Source: Felis catus (lineage: Eukaryota). From it: DNA of 64,000 nt. How positions within the stretch are numbered: the stretch's first letter is position 1; each line of letters opens with the position of its first letter. The notes under the pieces were generated by a model, which had not been told where the DNA came from, ran no database searches, and saw only the letters and a program-made list of their open reading frames with translations. A program made the position numbers and the translations under genes. This document shows, piece by piece, positions 51,440-64,000 of this stretch. Where the stretch lies: positions 29,018,001 to 29,082,000 of the forward strand of contig NC_058383.1 in the NCBI RefSeq assembly GCF_018350175.1, given 5' to 3'.

Positions 51440-54400
51440 CTGTGCTTTTTGTTTTCCTTTTAATGCCTGCAGAGTCTGTAGTGATAATGCCTTGCTTCAT
51501 ATGTGATATTAGTGATGTGTGTTCTTATTTTTCCTTGATCATGCTTGGTGGGGGTTACTAATTTCGACGGTCTTTTCAAAGAACCAGCTTTTGTTTTAAT
51601 TCATTTTCTGTATTGTTTATTATTGCCTGTTTACTGGGTTTCTGCCCTTTTTTTTTCTTCCCTTTTTCCTTCCTTTTATTTGCTTAGGGTTTACTTTGCC
51701 CTTCTTTTTCCCACTTCCTGAAGTAGAGCCCTATGTGATTGATTTTTATTTTATTTTATTTTATTTATTTTATTTTATTTTATTTTATTTTATTTTATTT
51801 TATTTTATTTTATTTTATTTTATTTATGTTATATTTTATTTTTGGGGGGGGGTACAAAAAGGTGATTTTATTAAAGCACAGGGACAAGACCCATGGGCAG
51901 AAAGAGCTGCCTTCTGTGATTGATTTTTAAACGTTCTTCTACACTTGTTCACCCCTGGCTTCCTAAAGGTCGCCCCTGGGTCAGTATAGCTCAGTGGTCA
52001 GCCAGGGAGTGGTCATGTGTGTGCTTAAACACCTTGAGCCAGTGAGGCTTCTACCTTTTGCCAGCTGGGTTGGGGAAGATATGCGACGTGTAAGCAGTTT
52101 GCACGTCTGCCCCATTTCTTACTCTCAGCTGTACCTTCTTACTTTCTGTGTGGGTGTGCAAGCCCTCACAGCCAGCTAGCACTGTGGATGTAGCCGAGAC
52201 TCTTTCCTAGCCATTGACTTTGACCTTTTTTGTTTCCAATATAAACATTGCAAGCCACAAATTATTCTCTAAGCACTGCTTTAGGTGCCTCCCACAAATT
52301 ACGTGTTGTAATCCCATTATTATTAAATTAGATGCATTTTCTAATTTCTCCTTTGACCCTGGATTGTTTAGAAGCATATTGCTTCATTTCCAAGTGTTTA
52401 GAAATTTTCCTTGAACTCTTGACACTAATTCCTAATTTAATTCTGTTGTGATTAGAGGTTTCGCTATGATTTCAGTCTTCTAAAGTTTACCGAAACTTGC
52501 TTTATGGCCTAACGTAAGGTCTACCTTGCTGAACATACTGTGTGCCCCGGAAAAGAATGTGAGTTCTGCAGTATATGGTTTGGTGTATAAAGGTTACTGG
52601 TGCTTAGATATTCAATGTCTTTACCAGTGTTTTATTTAATCTATTAATTTTTGAGAGAGGGTGTTAATAAAATCTCCTGTGATTATGGAATTGTCTATTT
52701 CCTTTTAATCGTGTCAGCTTTAAGACTGTGTTATTAGGTGCATACACATTTTTTTAAGTGTTATTTATTTTTGAGAGAGAGAGAGAGAGAGAGAGCAAGT
52801 GAGGGAGGGGCAGAGAGGGAGTGGGGGGCACAGAATCTGAAGCAGGCTCCAGGCTCTGAGCTGTCAGCACGGAGCCCAAAGGCGCCTCAGTGCTTTTGTC
52901 ATTTTAAAATTTGTTCTTTGTTCCCTCTACTTTTCCTTTGTTTCTCCCTCTCCTATCCTCTTTTGGGTTATTTGAAGTTTTAAAGAATACCATTTTAATT
53001 TCTCTCTTGCCTTTCTAATGCCCACTTCTTTAAATTATTTTTTAGTGGTTGCTTTAGATATTTTAACATCTGTTCATAACTTTTCAATGTAATTAGAGTT
53101 CATATTATACCACTTCACATATGATGTTGAAAGCTTACATTCCATACAGGTTCATTTATTGCAGTCCCCATTGGTTTTCAAGCTATATTTGGTGTATGTA
53201 TAATATTTGCATGCATTATAAATCCTACAAAGTCGTGTTATAATTTTGCTTTAAACAGTCTTATGTATTTTAAGGTATTAAAAGGGTGGATTCTTTTCTC
53301 TTTACCCAGATACTTACCAATTCAGATGTCTTCATTCATTCCTGAAGATCCAAGTTTCTTTAGAGTATCATGTTGCTTTAGTGTAAGGAACTTCCATCAG
53401 TATTTCTTATAATGCTGCTGTTGTGGCAGCTGATCCTCTTAGTTTTCCTTTATATGAAAATATCTGTATTTTGTCTTCATCCATGTAGGTTATTTTAGCT
53501 GGGTATGGAATTCTGGGTTTCTCTTTTAGCATTTTAAAGATGTTGTTCCACTGTCTCCTGGTCTCCAACGGTTTCTGAGGAGAAGTGTACAATAATTGCA
53601 TCATGGTTGCCATATAGAAATATAGATATTCAAGATTATCTCTTTATCCTTGGTTTCAGCAGTTTGACTATGATGTATTTAGGAATGGCTTTGTTTGTAA
53701 TTATCCCATTGGGTGTTGACTGAGCTGCTTAAATCTATAAATGTATGTCTTTCACCAGATTTAAGAAGTTTTTAGACATTATTCACATATTTTTTTCCTG
53801 TTCTGTATTCTCTTGTATCTCCTCCTGGGGGCTCCAATTACCTATATGTTAGAGGCTTTTTGATGTTGTCCCAGTAGTTCATTTTTTTTCCTACCTTTCT
53901 TTTTTTCTTGTTGGGTATTTCTGTTGATCTACAAGCTCACTGGCTTTTCCTTCAGTTCTCATTTTTCTACTGTTAAGCCCATCCAGTGAATTTTACTTCG
54001 TGTATTATATTTTTCTGTTCTGTTATTTCCATTCAGTTTATTTTTATCTTTCCTTTTTCTCTGTTGAGGTTTCCTGTCTTCATTTATTTTGAGCTTCTGT
54101 TCCTTTACCTCACTGAACATAATTAGAATAGCTTATTTAAAGTCTTTGTCTAATAATTCTAGCATCTGCATCACTTATGTGTTGGTACCTGTTGATCACG
54201 GTTCCCTTGAGATGGGTCATGTATTCTTGGCTCTTCACATGCTAAGTAATTTGGGATTGTTTTCCTGGACATTGTGAATATTCTTTTCTGGAGACCCTGC
54301 ATTCACTTAGGTCCCTCAGAAGAGTGTTGATATTTTGTTTTAGTTCTAGCAACCATTTAGTTTAACTAAACTCAGACTACAAACTCATGTCTATGGCAGG

Positions 54401-54813
54401 TCTGTGGCTCAGACCTCAGCTCAGACTGCTTTCAGTCTGCCACATGCGAGGTTAAGTAAGGGTTGGAGCACCTGGCTCAGTTGGTAGAGCATACAGCTCT
54501 TGTTCTCAGGGGCATAAGTTCTAGCCCCATGTTGGGTGTAGGGATTACTTAAAAATAAAATCTTAAAAAGGTTAAGTAAGCATCATGCAGACACATGGGC
54601 TGAGGCTATATACCAAATTTGGAGTTCCCACTTTCTGGTTTCTTCTGTTCTGGGATTCCTTTGTCACTGGTTGCCTCATGCTTCTGGTTCCTCTTACCAG
54701 GAAGACATAGGATTCTTCTTTCAGAGTTTTAGTTGCCCTATACCCCTTTAGCTGCAATTTCCCTTGAGGGCATAGTCTCTCTCTGTCTCTCTCTCTCTGT
54801 CTCTCTCTCTCTG

Positions 54814-54883
<70 letters not shown>

Positions 54884-55070
54884 CCCCAGGAAATTCACTT
54901 TGTGCCAGCTGGCTTCCTCCAATTTTTGACTCCTTTGCAAAATCTACCTGTTTCTGTTTATATTCCAGAGCCCTCAGATACTTGGGGTTGTTTTTGTTTT
55001 TTCACTTTTTCTCAGATCAGCAGAAAAGTTGATTTGTCAGAAGCGTATTTCTCCTGTACTGGAGGCAGAA
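51440..55070 (-). mobile_element. Ancient L1M relic (ORF2, ORF1 and 5' parts) with nested insertions: SINEs at about 52745-52887 and 54460-54568, and (CT)n(CA)n at 54775-54880
   Basis: ORF 53407-53613(-) LETRRQWNNIFKMLKEK-PRIPYPAKIT resembles the L1 ORF1p C-terminus; T-rich antisense L1 texture throughout. Confidence 0.75.
51749..51910 (-). mobile_element. Short polyadenylated retrocopy (LTR-like 3' end) with (TAAAA)n tail
   Basis: 67-bp body containing AATAAA, about 95-bp tail, 19-bp TSD (17/19 identical). Confidence 0.8.
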
Positions 55071-55180
55071 TACCTTTATTTGTGCTTTTAAATTGTGTAG
55101 TATATGATTTCGATGGAACACTTCCTGCCATATTATTATGTCCTGCTTAACTACCTCTTTCTGTTTGTTAAATAACATTT

Positions 55181-55397
55181 ATTAAAAAAAATTTTTTTAT
55201 GTTTTATTTATTTTTAAGAGAGAGAGACACAGAGCTTGAGTGGGGATGGGGCAGAGAAAGAGGGAGACACAGAATCTGAAGCATGCTCCAGGCTCTGAGC
55301 TGTCAGCACAGAGCCCGACACGGGGCTCAAATTCACGAACTGTGAGATCATGACATGAGCTGAAGCTGGACACTCAACTGAGCCACCCAGGCGCTCC
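55181..55397 (-). mobile_element. CanSINE
   Basis: Perfect TSD tgttaaataacattt. Confidence 0.93.
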
Positions 55398-57029
55398 ATG
55401 TTAAATAACATTTTAAAATCTCATGTTAATGCATTTAAAAACAAAAACAAAAACAACAAACAACCTGGGACTTAGCTCCTTTAACCAATTAAAAGTGACT
55501 TAAATTCAGTTCCTTTTGGGTAGGCATGTATGCCAATAGACAAAATCAAAGGATTTGATATTTTGCTTCTTTCTATTTGTTGCCTTTTTCATCGTTGGCT
55601 AGTGCGTTATTGTGTATTTACTCTTGTCAAAGAGGAAATGTGCAGAACATTCAAGAAAGAACCAAAAAAAAAAAGAATGTTCTTCTTTTCATGTTAATTT
55701 TCCTAATCTTAAACTCTGTGTAGTGTTACTTTACAACAGTTATCTTGAATTATAAATATAGCAGTAGATAAATGAGTTCAGCTGTGACATGACTTTCTAA
55801 TGGTTCTATTAAATAAGCTCATTTTAGAGGGAGGCCCTAATAAATTACTTGTGTGTTTAAATGATACATGAGTTTCATGTCCTAAGTACTGCATCCGAGA
55901 AACAACGCATTTGTTTTTATACAGGCGAAGTTTCTGTAGTAGTGGCTTATTGGTAAAGGAAAATCATTATTAGCGAGATAGCGTGAATGTCTTGTTTTGT
56001 GTATATATATCTTCTGTTGAAAACTTCTTAAAGCAATGACTTTTTTCTTTTAACTCCTCTAAATCACTTAATCTGCAGAAAGTACTGTGGAAATTTTTAA
56101 TAATATTTATTAAGAGCCTTGTTTTCCTAAGTCTCCCATGTGTTTAATCTTGAGAATTAGCAGTGTTGCACATCTGTCCTATGAGATCTGTATCAGTCAG
56201 GTTTATTTAAGAGAGTAGCGATAACTTGAAATCTCCCTAATTAGTATTCTTTAGGGCATTAGCTGGTATGAGAATAGGGCAGAAAGCTTCCTGACTGCCA
56301 GATAAGGCTTCCCAAGTCCTTAACATAATTACCCGCTTTAAAGCAGCAATAAGAAAATGAGTTCTGTGGCAGTGAGAATGTAACCAGGAGAAAGAAATGC
56401 AGTGTTAGAGCTCTAGAGGCTGAATCTTCGTGTTCTGTTAAATTGTTTCTGGTCCATAGCAAAGCATGGGATTTGATTTTTGTGTTCTCGAGCCCATGTT
56501 GTCTCGATCTAAGAATGTTGGCTTTCTGTTACACTATCAGAGTATTTAGTGGATCTGTCATATTTAATTGTAGTATCACTTGTAACAAACTGCTTTTGTT
56601 GTGCTCTCTTGCCCCCAGTTTTAGAAGTAAATCAAATTCATTGTTGGAAATGTGAAAAATACTTGAAAATATGAAGAAGAAAATTCGACCATGGTCTCAC
56701 AACCTAGTCATAAATACTACTATTATTTTGATTAGTATTTCTTTTTAGTTATTGTATTTTGTAGAGATGAGTATTTTCATGACTTTTAAAAATCAATTGG
56801 GATCTGACTTCAGATGCATTTTTGAGTCTGCTTTTTTAGTTAATATTAGGTCATGAGCGTTTCTCGTGCTGTCACACGGTTTTCTGGGAGTGTTTTCTTT
56901 TTCGGATGCATTGCATTTCACGTAACTTATTTAACTATGTCCCTTTTGGATGACAAGTGTTTACTATTTTAAATTCTTTAATTTAAAGAGTGTCTTTATT
57001 AATGCCTTAGTCTATCTTTCATTTCAAAA

Positions 57030-57161
57030 CATTTTTTTTTCAAGTTTATTTATTTTGAAAGAGAGAGAGAGAACAAGCTGGGGGTAGGCAGAGAGAAGGA
57101 GGGACAGACCCAAGCAGGCCCCGTGCCATCAGCGCAGGGCCTGACGGGGCTCAGACTCACA
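57030..57161 (-). mobile_element. 5'-truncated CanSINE
   Basis: Tail and 3' body only. Confidence 0.8.
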
Positions 57162-58954
57162 ATTTTATTTTTAAAATAAATTCTGGAGATGCAAAAATCA
57201 TTAGATTCAAATGAAAATGAAAAAAAAATCTAAAAACAGCTCATTTTTTTCTTAGTAAACAGTGATGATTTATTGTTATTAATAGTAACATTTTAAACTA
57301 CCAGAGAACTCGAAAAATTGTCCAGTGTCCCTCTCTCTTTATTAACAAAGATAATTGCAGTAATATTTGGGATTTACCTTTCACTTGTGTATGTGGTATT
57401 TAAGTGTATATTTCATCTAAAGTAATGTATGCTTTGCGTATTGTTTCACAGTTTGTTCCTTTAACAGTTTTCTTTGTTGGACATTTAAGCACTTCTAGGC
57501 CTCTTGACTCCTATTCCAAAATAAGCTTTTATTTATTCTTCTGATTGAGTTTTAGAATCGTTTCATTAGGGTCAAACAGCCCATTGGTATTTTTCGCTGA
57601 CATCTTAACCAATTAATTATATTGACATCTTTATTTGGACATACTGAATCTGTATAACTAGGGATATGATGTGTCCCTTTATACACTCAGATAATTCTGT
57701 GTATCCTTGAATGGAGTTGTATGTTTCATTGTTATTTTTATCGTACATACTATTTAAGGTTATGCAGAATACTAAATCGTGCCTGATTTAGTGCCGTGTC
57801 GCTCTTAGTACATTTTTGGAATGTTGGTGGTAGTAGGACATTTAAAGCTGTGAGGCCGATCTGTCTGATTGTTTTCAGGCCCCTGATAGACAAACTTTGA
57901 GGACTCAGTGTGAACGTTGTGTCTGAGTGTTGTTTCTGAGGCTTCCAGTGCCAGTAGGTGTTGTGTTTTTGTCATCAGAAATAGCAAACTGCTGATGAAG
58001 TAGGTTAGCTGTGTCCGTCTTTACGCGTTTACGTTGTTCTCTCATCCGTGATTCCACATTTTACAACCTGATTATTTTTAAAAATGAAATAAATCTGGTT
58101 TTAGCAAATCTGAAATGGTATACGTGAAATAATTTGGGGGCACATCAATGGCTAATTCAAAATACTATTTTGTTACTAAAAATGTCACCAGCGAGTCACT
58201 TGGGGTGATGGAATTACAGGTAGTTTTACTTTATTGTGTGTTGTGGTTTTTCTTTTTTTTCATTTTCTGACTTTTCTAGAGTGAACAGGTTTTACCTATG
58301 TGTTAAAATATTTAAATTTAAGACTGAAACATTACTTGCCTTTATATACGTGCAGGAGCACAGCAAAGGGAACCATTTTGCTTTTGAAACAGACCGCTGG
58401 CAGAATAGTTCCTTCATACGGTTTGACTGTAGTTATTTTATGTGTCTGTTTTCTAATCCTGAAATTTATGGAATTAGTTTCTCTGAATTTTCCTCCTTCA
58501 ATTTCTTGGCTTAAATCTGCTATTCTGAAAGGATGAATATGAAACATTTTTGATACATGATATTTGTTGATAATATTTTCACTGTTGAGTATTTTTACAA
58601 CCTGTCTTTTCTTGTTTGTCCTGGAAAGAAGCCCAGATATCACTTTAGTAGCAGGCTAAACGTCACTTCATTATGTTTAGCAAAAATGCCAGAAAATGCT
58701 AGACAACTGAAGTGTTAAGTAACTTATAATTGATGGTGGTGATGGCCCCTAACACTTCAGACCATGGCTTTGCCTTAACTTCCATACCCCACTTCAGTAT
58801 ATCTAGGTATTAGTGTTTTTCAGGTTGTATGATTATAAGAAGCAAACATTGCTTAAAATAACTGTTTAGTAACAAGGCTTTCTATTAACACTGTCCAGTT
58901 AGAAGGAATGGCCTTTGTCCTTTCTACATGTTAATTGGAGAAATGTGGGGTACT

Positions 58955-59183
58955 GTTTTTCTTTTTTTAAGTTTATGTATTTATTTTTGAGAGAGAGGGA
59001 GGGGGGAGAGAGAGGGACAGTGTGAGTGGGGGAGGGGCAGAGAGACAGGGAGAGAATTCCAAGCAGCCTCCGCGCTGTCAGCCGTGAGCCAACTAGGGGC
59101 TCGATCCCAGGAACCACAAGATCATGACCTGAGCTGAAATCAAGAGTTGGGATGCTTAACCCACTGAGCTAGCCAGGTGCCCC
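58955..59183 (-). mobile_element. CanSINE
   Basis: Typical body and reverse head. Confidence 0.92.
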
Positions 59184-59419
59184 TGGGTTTGTTTTCTAAT
59201 TGCATCGAAGGCAGGGAGCAACCTGCTGTAGTATTAGGAAAAGGGAGCCTAGAAAAGGCAACACATTAAAATAAAACTTTAAAACTGAGTTTTTTCCCCC
59301 ACATGCATCCTTTATTACCATGTAGTTAACAAGAGAAGGGAAATAAGTTATGACAGCATATTATGTAGCAAAAAGAAAATATGAGCCACTTACAGGACAT
59401 CTGATTTTGGTAATTGTTT

Positions 59420-59469
59420 ATTTTTAATGATTTAAAATAATTATTTAATAATTTTAAATCATTAAAAAT
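59420..59469. repeat. Perfect 19-bp AT-rich inverted repeat with 12-nt spacer
   Basis: atttttaatgatttaaaat (59420-59438) is the exact reverse complement of attttaaatcattaaaaat (59451-59469). Confidence 0.92.
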
Positions 59470-60990
59470 TTAATAATTTTTAATAATTAATTGTTTAGTG
59501 TTATTTATAGTAACAACGTAGAAGAGAATAATTATGAAGGTATGTTGCACAGTTTTTAATAACATGGTTTGCTTCTGAAATCTGCAGTGTTCATCTTTGC
59601 ATCAATATTTGCCGGTCTACTCTTGAAGAACGGAGGGACTAAATTTAGATGGGAATAGATATGAAATAATAGTCTCTGTACTCAAGGAATTCATGGCCTA
59701 ATGATGCAGATGGGTATCTAGGCAGCTAGCGCGTCCACATGCGCTCAGTGCCGTGATGAGAGAGAACCCGCCCCGCCTGGCGTGGAGTTGCAGCGGGGCG
59801 GGGGAGCAGGGAAGGCTTCCTGGAGCAGGTGACGCCTTTGCTCACCCCGGCAGGTAACCTGGTACAAGAAGGCTCAGAAAGCTTTGCTGGAGAGCATGAC
59901 CGGCACATCCTTTGGCGGGACTGGAGCAGAGGGTCCCCGTGTGGTGGATTGGCTGGAGGGGAAGTTAGAAGGTAGAAACACAGAAGTTTGTGTGTTTGAA
60001 TTTTACCCTTTGTACAAATCTTGCAGTAAGGTTGGTTCGGTGTTTTGCTTTGTTTTGTTTTAATTCAATCAAGTTTTAAAAATAAAATACTACGTCTGAC
60101 TAGTTTTCTTTTAGAAGCCGGGGCTTTTGAGAGAATTTCCAGGTGTTGAGTGCCAAGTTTGTCGACCAAACAGGGAGCCGCCTTTGGAAAGCCTCATTGT
60201 TGTCGGAGTTGGCTCCCCCGCCCCCACGGCACTCCTCCATATGTGTATGGTGGCGTTGTGGTACCGAGTCAGAAATAGACGGACATATTCGAGCAAGTTC
60301 TATTTATTTTTAAAAGTCTAGAAGCGTGGTTTTTGCATTTACTCTAGTTCATAGCCCTCTCTGAGAGACTGAGGCCAAATTGAATTTATCTGGGAAGCTG
60401 CCACCTCTATAAATGCTGCACAGAGTAATAAATGGGCCATTGGCTTCCAAGAATTGGTGACAGTGCACTTCGGTTCCCAATTTAGAGTTCATGAAAATTA
60501 TCCCTTGACAAACAAGATTATAAAAAAAAGAAATTCCACTTGATGGATCCATCTTTTGATAAACTGTTAAATGTCATTTACGGAAGCATTTCTGGGGCGA
60601 GTCAGGGTGGGGAGTAAATGACTGAATGAAGGAATGCCGGTGGCAGGTGTTTTGTGTTCAGGGCAGGGGCAGTGTCTGAGCCAAATCTTGTCGCGCTCGC
60701 TTTGTCTCAGTAGACTAGGGTGGGAACCAGCTGTGGTTGTTCATTTACATCCTTGGAATCTGGGAAGGTGCTGGGCGCTGAGCTGGGGAGGCTTTGAGGA
60801 GAGGCCTGGGTGTGGTCCTTGAGAGGGCTGCCTCTGGGTTAGCGGAGAAGAGGGAGGCGTGTGTAAGCACAAGAGGGCCGAATGAAAGTGGATGTTGGCG
60901 GCAGCGTTTATCAGACGCTGCCTCACACTCTCTCTGTGGGTTGTGAAATCATTTTAGTGAGCATGACCAGCTTTTTAAAAAAAATGTTTA

Positions 60991-61420
60991 GGGGCACCTG
61001 GGTGGCTCAGTCGGTTGAGCGTCCGACTTCCGCTCAGGTCATGATATCGCAGTACGTGAGTTCGAGCCCCACATCGGGCTCTGTGCTGACAGCTCAGAGC
61101 CTGGAGCCTGTTTGGGATTCTGTGTTTCCCTGTCTCTCTGAATCTCCCCCATTCATGCTGTCCCTCTCTCTGTCTCAAAAATCAATAAAGGTTAAAAAAA
61201 ATTTTTTTTAAATGTTTATTTGTTTAGAGAGATCGAACGTGCGCATGTGTGTGCGCGCAAGTCAGGGAGGGGCAGAGAGAGAAGAGAGAGAGAATACCGA
61301 TAGGCTCCATGCTTTCATCACAGAGCCTGGACTCATGGCTCAATCTCCTGAACCGTGAGATCACGACCTGAGCCGAAATCAAGAGTTGGATGCTCAACTG
61401 ACTGAGCCACCCTGGCACCC
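60991..61420. mobile_element. Tail-to-tail CanSINE pair (+ 60991-61200; - 61201-61420)
   Basis: Forward head at 60991 and reverse head ending at 61420. Confidence 0.92.
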
Positions 61421-61500
61421 ATGAGCAGCATTTTTATAAAAGGAAGGATTTAGGAAATTTCAGAGTGAGTCCCATATAATAGAGGTAGGCTTGCTTTTTT

Positions 61501-62131
61501 TTTTAATTATTAGTTTTTTAAAATTTACATCCAAATTAGTTAGCCTACAGTGCAACAATGATTTCAGGAGTAGATTTCCCTAATGGCCCCTACCCATTTA
61601 GCCCACCCCCTCTCTCACAACCCCTCCCATAACCCTCAGTTTGTTCTCCATTTTTATGAGTCTCTTCTGTTTTGTCCCCCTCCCTGTTTTTATATTATTT
61701 TTGCTTCCCTTCCCTTATGTTCATCTGTTTTGTCTCTTAAATTCCCCTATGAGTGAAGTCATATGGTTTTTGTCTTTCTCTAACTGACTAATTTCACTTA
61801 GCATAATACCCTCCAGGTCCATCCACGGAGTTGCAAATGGCAAGATTTCATTCTTTTTGATTGCCGAGTAATACTCCATTGTGTATACATACCACATCTT
61901 CTTTATCCATTCATCCATCGATGGACATTTGGGCTCTTTCCATACTTTGGCTTTTGTTGATAGTGCTGCTATAAACATGGGGGTGCATGTGTCCCTTCGA
62001 AACAGCACACCTGTATCCCGTGGATAAATGCCTAGTAGTGCAATTGATGGGTCATAGGGTAGTTCTATGTTTAGTTTTTTGAGGAAGCTCCATACTGTTT
62101 TCCAGAGTGGCTGCACCAGCTTGCATTCCCA
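61501..62131 (-). mobile_element. Young felid L1 3' end (5'-truncated, about 630 bp)
   Basis: Open ORF2 C-terminus ([11 protein letters not shown]...YYSAIKKNEILPF...); TSD aggctYgctttttt (61487-61500, 62132-62145). Confidence 0.95.
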
Positions 62132-63214
62132 AGGCTCGCTTTTTTTCATGTAACCTTTTTAGGTAGAAATCTGTACATGCAGATATACGTGTATGTGTAC
62201 CAGGTTGTAATAAAACAATATCATTGCAGGTTTGGTCCCCAAGGTTTGAGCTCGCATGCTTTAGGAGACCGCCATGCATGCAGAGCACTATAGCTGGTGT
62301 TAGTAGTGGGGGAGGAAGTGAGGGTAACGGACAAAGATCTTGATCCTCGGGTGCTTCCTGTCTCTAGACCAGTCTGGCGCCACAGGTTCGTGTGGACAGC
62401 ACCTAGGAGGCACGTTCATTCCTTTACGTCACATCTCCAAGGGCCAGGAGGAGACCTTTATGCTTGTCACCAGGAAAGGGAGATTACGGTTAAACATCTG
62501 ACCCTGTTGTCCATCCCCCTTGTTTGGGCCTCCCTGTGGAAGGAGGACGGATGTCATTATCTGATTATCTCACAGCCAAGGGCCTTTTTGGCCGGGAGGT
62601 AGGGGTGCTGCATTGAAGAAGGCAGGCCTGGAAGCCAGCTGTTGGGGTCCCTTGTGGCAGCACAGACTAGGAAGCAGTGGGGAGTGTAGAGGCTCCTTGC
62701 AGCCGTCCGGTCTCCTCACGGATGGGGTCTCCTGGGCTGGTTCTTTTTGGCGGTGGTAGCAGCTGTGTAGTAGGAGGCCCCGTTTACCTCAGGCCCAAGA
62801 TCCATCTCCGGCACCACCTCCTGAGGAGTCCTCGACTTTGGGGAACACAGAAGCGAGGCTGAGTCACATCTTCCATCTTTCTCTCGACTTGTGAGGACCC
62901 CTGAGACAGGGTGATGCTCCCCACCTGCCATCCAGCACCAGTGGGAGGTGTGGTCGGAAAGGGCCAGATTCTGACGGCCTGGGTGGCGGTGGCTGGCCCC
63001 GTCACATTTCAGTGTGGCATGTGAGCCACGGGAAAGGCTTTCTGCACACCCAGCAGGGTATGGGTGTGACCCTGGGGACATGGTGAGGAATCTCTTTCAC
63101 AGGGCATGACAGGTTCTGCAGTGTGGGAGGGCTGAGGGGCTGGCTGGGGCTCTAAAGTTTCCAGAAGTGGAATGACAACCAGTAGGGACCCCTGGTTCAA
63201 ATTGTGTCTGTTCA

Positions 63215-63333
63215 GGGGCGCCTGGGTGGCTCAGTTGAACGTCTGACTCTTTATTTCAGCCCAGGTCATGATCTCACGGTAGTGAGATCCAGCCCTGCAT
63301 CGGCCCGAGCTGGGTGTGGAGCCTGCTTAAGGG

Positions 63334-63380
<47 letters not shown>

Positions 63381-63440
63381 TCCCTCTCCCTCTCCCTCTC
63401 CCTCTCCCTCTCCCTCCCCCTCCCCCCAAACAAAAAAAAT
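63215..63440 (+). mobile_element. CanSINE with expanded (CT)n(CTCTCC)n
   Basis: Head, shortened body, long pyrimidine tract and A tail. Confidence 0.9.
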
Positions 63441-64000
63441 AATTTTTTTTTTCTGTCCATGATTGGCCTCTTAGGGTGTTTACTTACCACTGACATGGTT
63501 CAGATTTTGTGAAAGCTTCATTTTCTAGTTTGCCTCCCCTCTGGGGCAATTACCAAACTGTTGAAGGGCTGTTTAACTCCACAGCCGACTTTGTGTCTTA
63601 GTTACGTTTCACCAACCAGAAGATGGTGCTGGCGTGCTGGCAAGCCAGTCCTCCGTTCCCTCTTGAAGGGAAACTTGTCAGCCGAATGCTTATTCATGCT
63701 AAGTAATGCAGACAGATTTAGCAGGCTGTGTGCGCCGTGTACCCCTCATGCAGTGTGTCGCCGGATAGGCAACAAGGAACATTCGAGGGATCAAACCTTC
63801 AGGACCTGGGGCTATAGAAAGCTGACACAGGGGCCCTGGTTTTAAGGTGCTCGCTCGGGGCCACCTTTGCACTTGGGGTAAAGTGACACTGTTAGAGTCA
63901 GAGTGAAAACATCCTTTAGGTGCTGTGTGCGTTTGTAAACTGACCCCCGTACTCACAGAGGACACGGGGAGACAGCAGAAAGAGGCAGACCGTCCCAAAT

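Noticed and set aside
61721..62149. 142-aa ORF as a functional gene
   Set aside because: It is the L1 ORF2 C-terminus of a 5'-truncated copy, and the apparent start comes from flanking DNA.
47031..64000. PARN exon 22 or a nested gene in the last 17 kb
   Set aside because: No segment encoding VNTSKYAESY and no other credible exon was seen, consistent with a long intron 21.

Overview
This is mammalian nuclear DNA, almost certainly from a felid, judged by dense cat-type tRNA-derived CanSINEs and felid/carnivore L1 3' ends. The whole window lies inside one plus-strand gene, PARN (poly(A)-specific ribonuclease). Eleven internal GT-AG coding exons splice into one uninterrupted frame (778 nt). They correspond to human exons 11-21 (about K235-I493; numbering from recall of human PARN) and cover the second half of the DEDD nuclease domain (D292, H377, D382 intact) and most of the cap-binding RRM (W456, W475 intact). 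The start and end of the gene lie outside the window. The rest is intronic: about 55 CanSINEs, young and old L1 fragments, MIR/L2 relics, MER58A, MER5A, an MLT1 LTR and microsatellites. Most long ORFs in the supplied track are repeat artefacts. I found no convincing new biological system. The best leads are a short polyadenylated LTR-like retrocopy with target-site duplications (TSDs), a four-deep SINE stack at one target site, a CpG island deep in intron 18, several candidate splicing switches and a perfect AT-rich palindrome. Exon coordinates were checked base by base; repeat boundaries are approximate and family names come from recall, not a database search.
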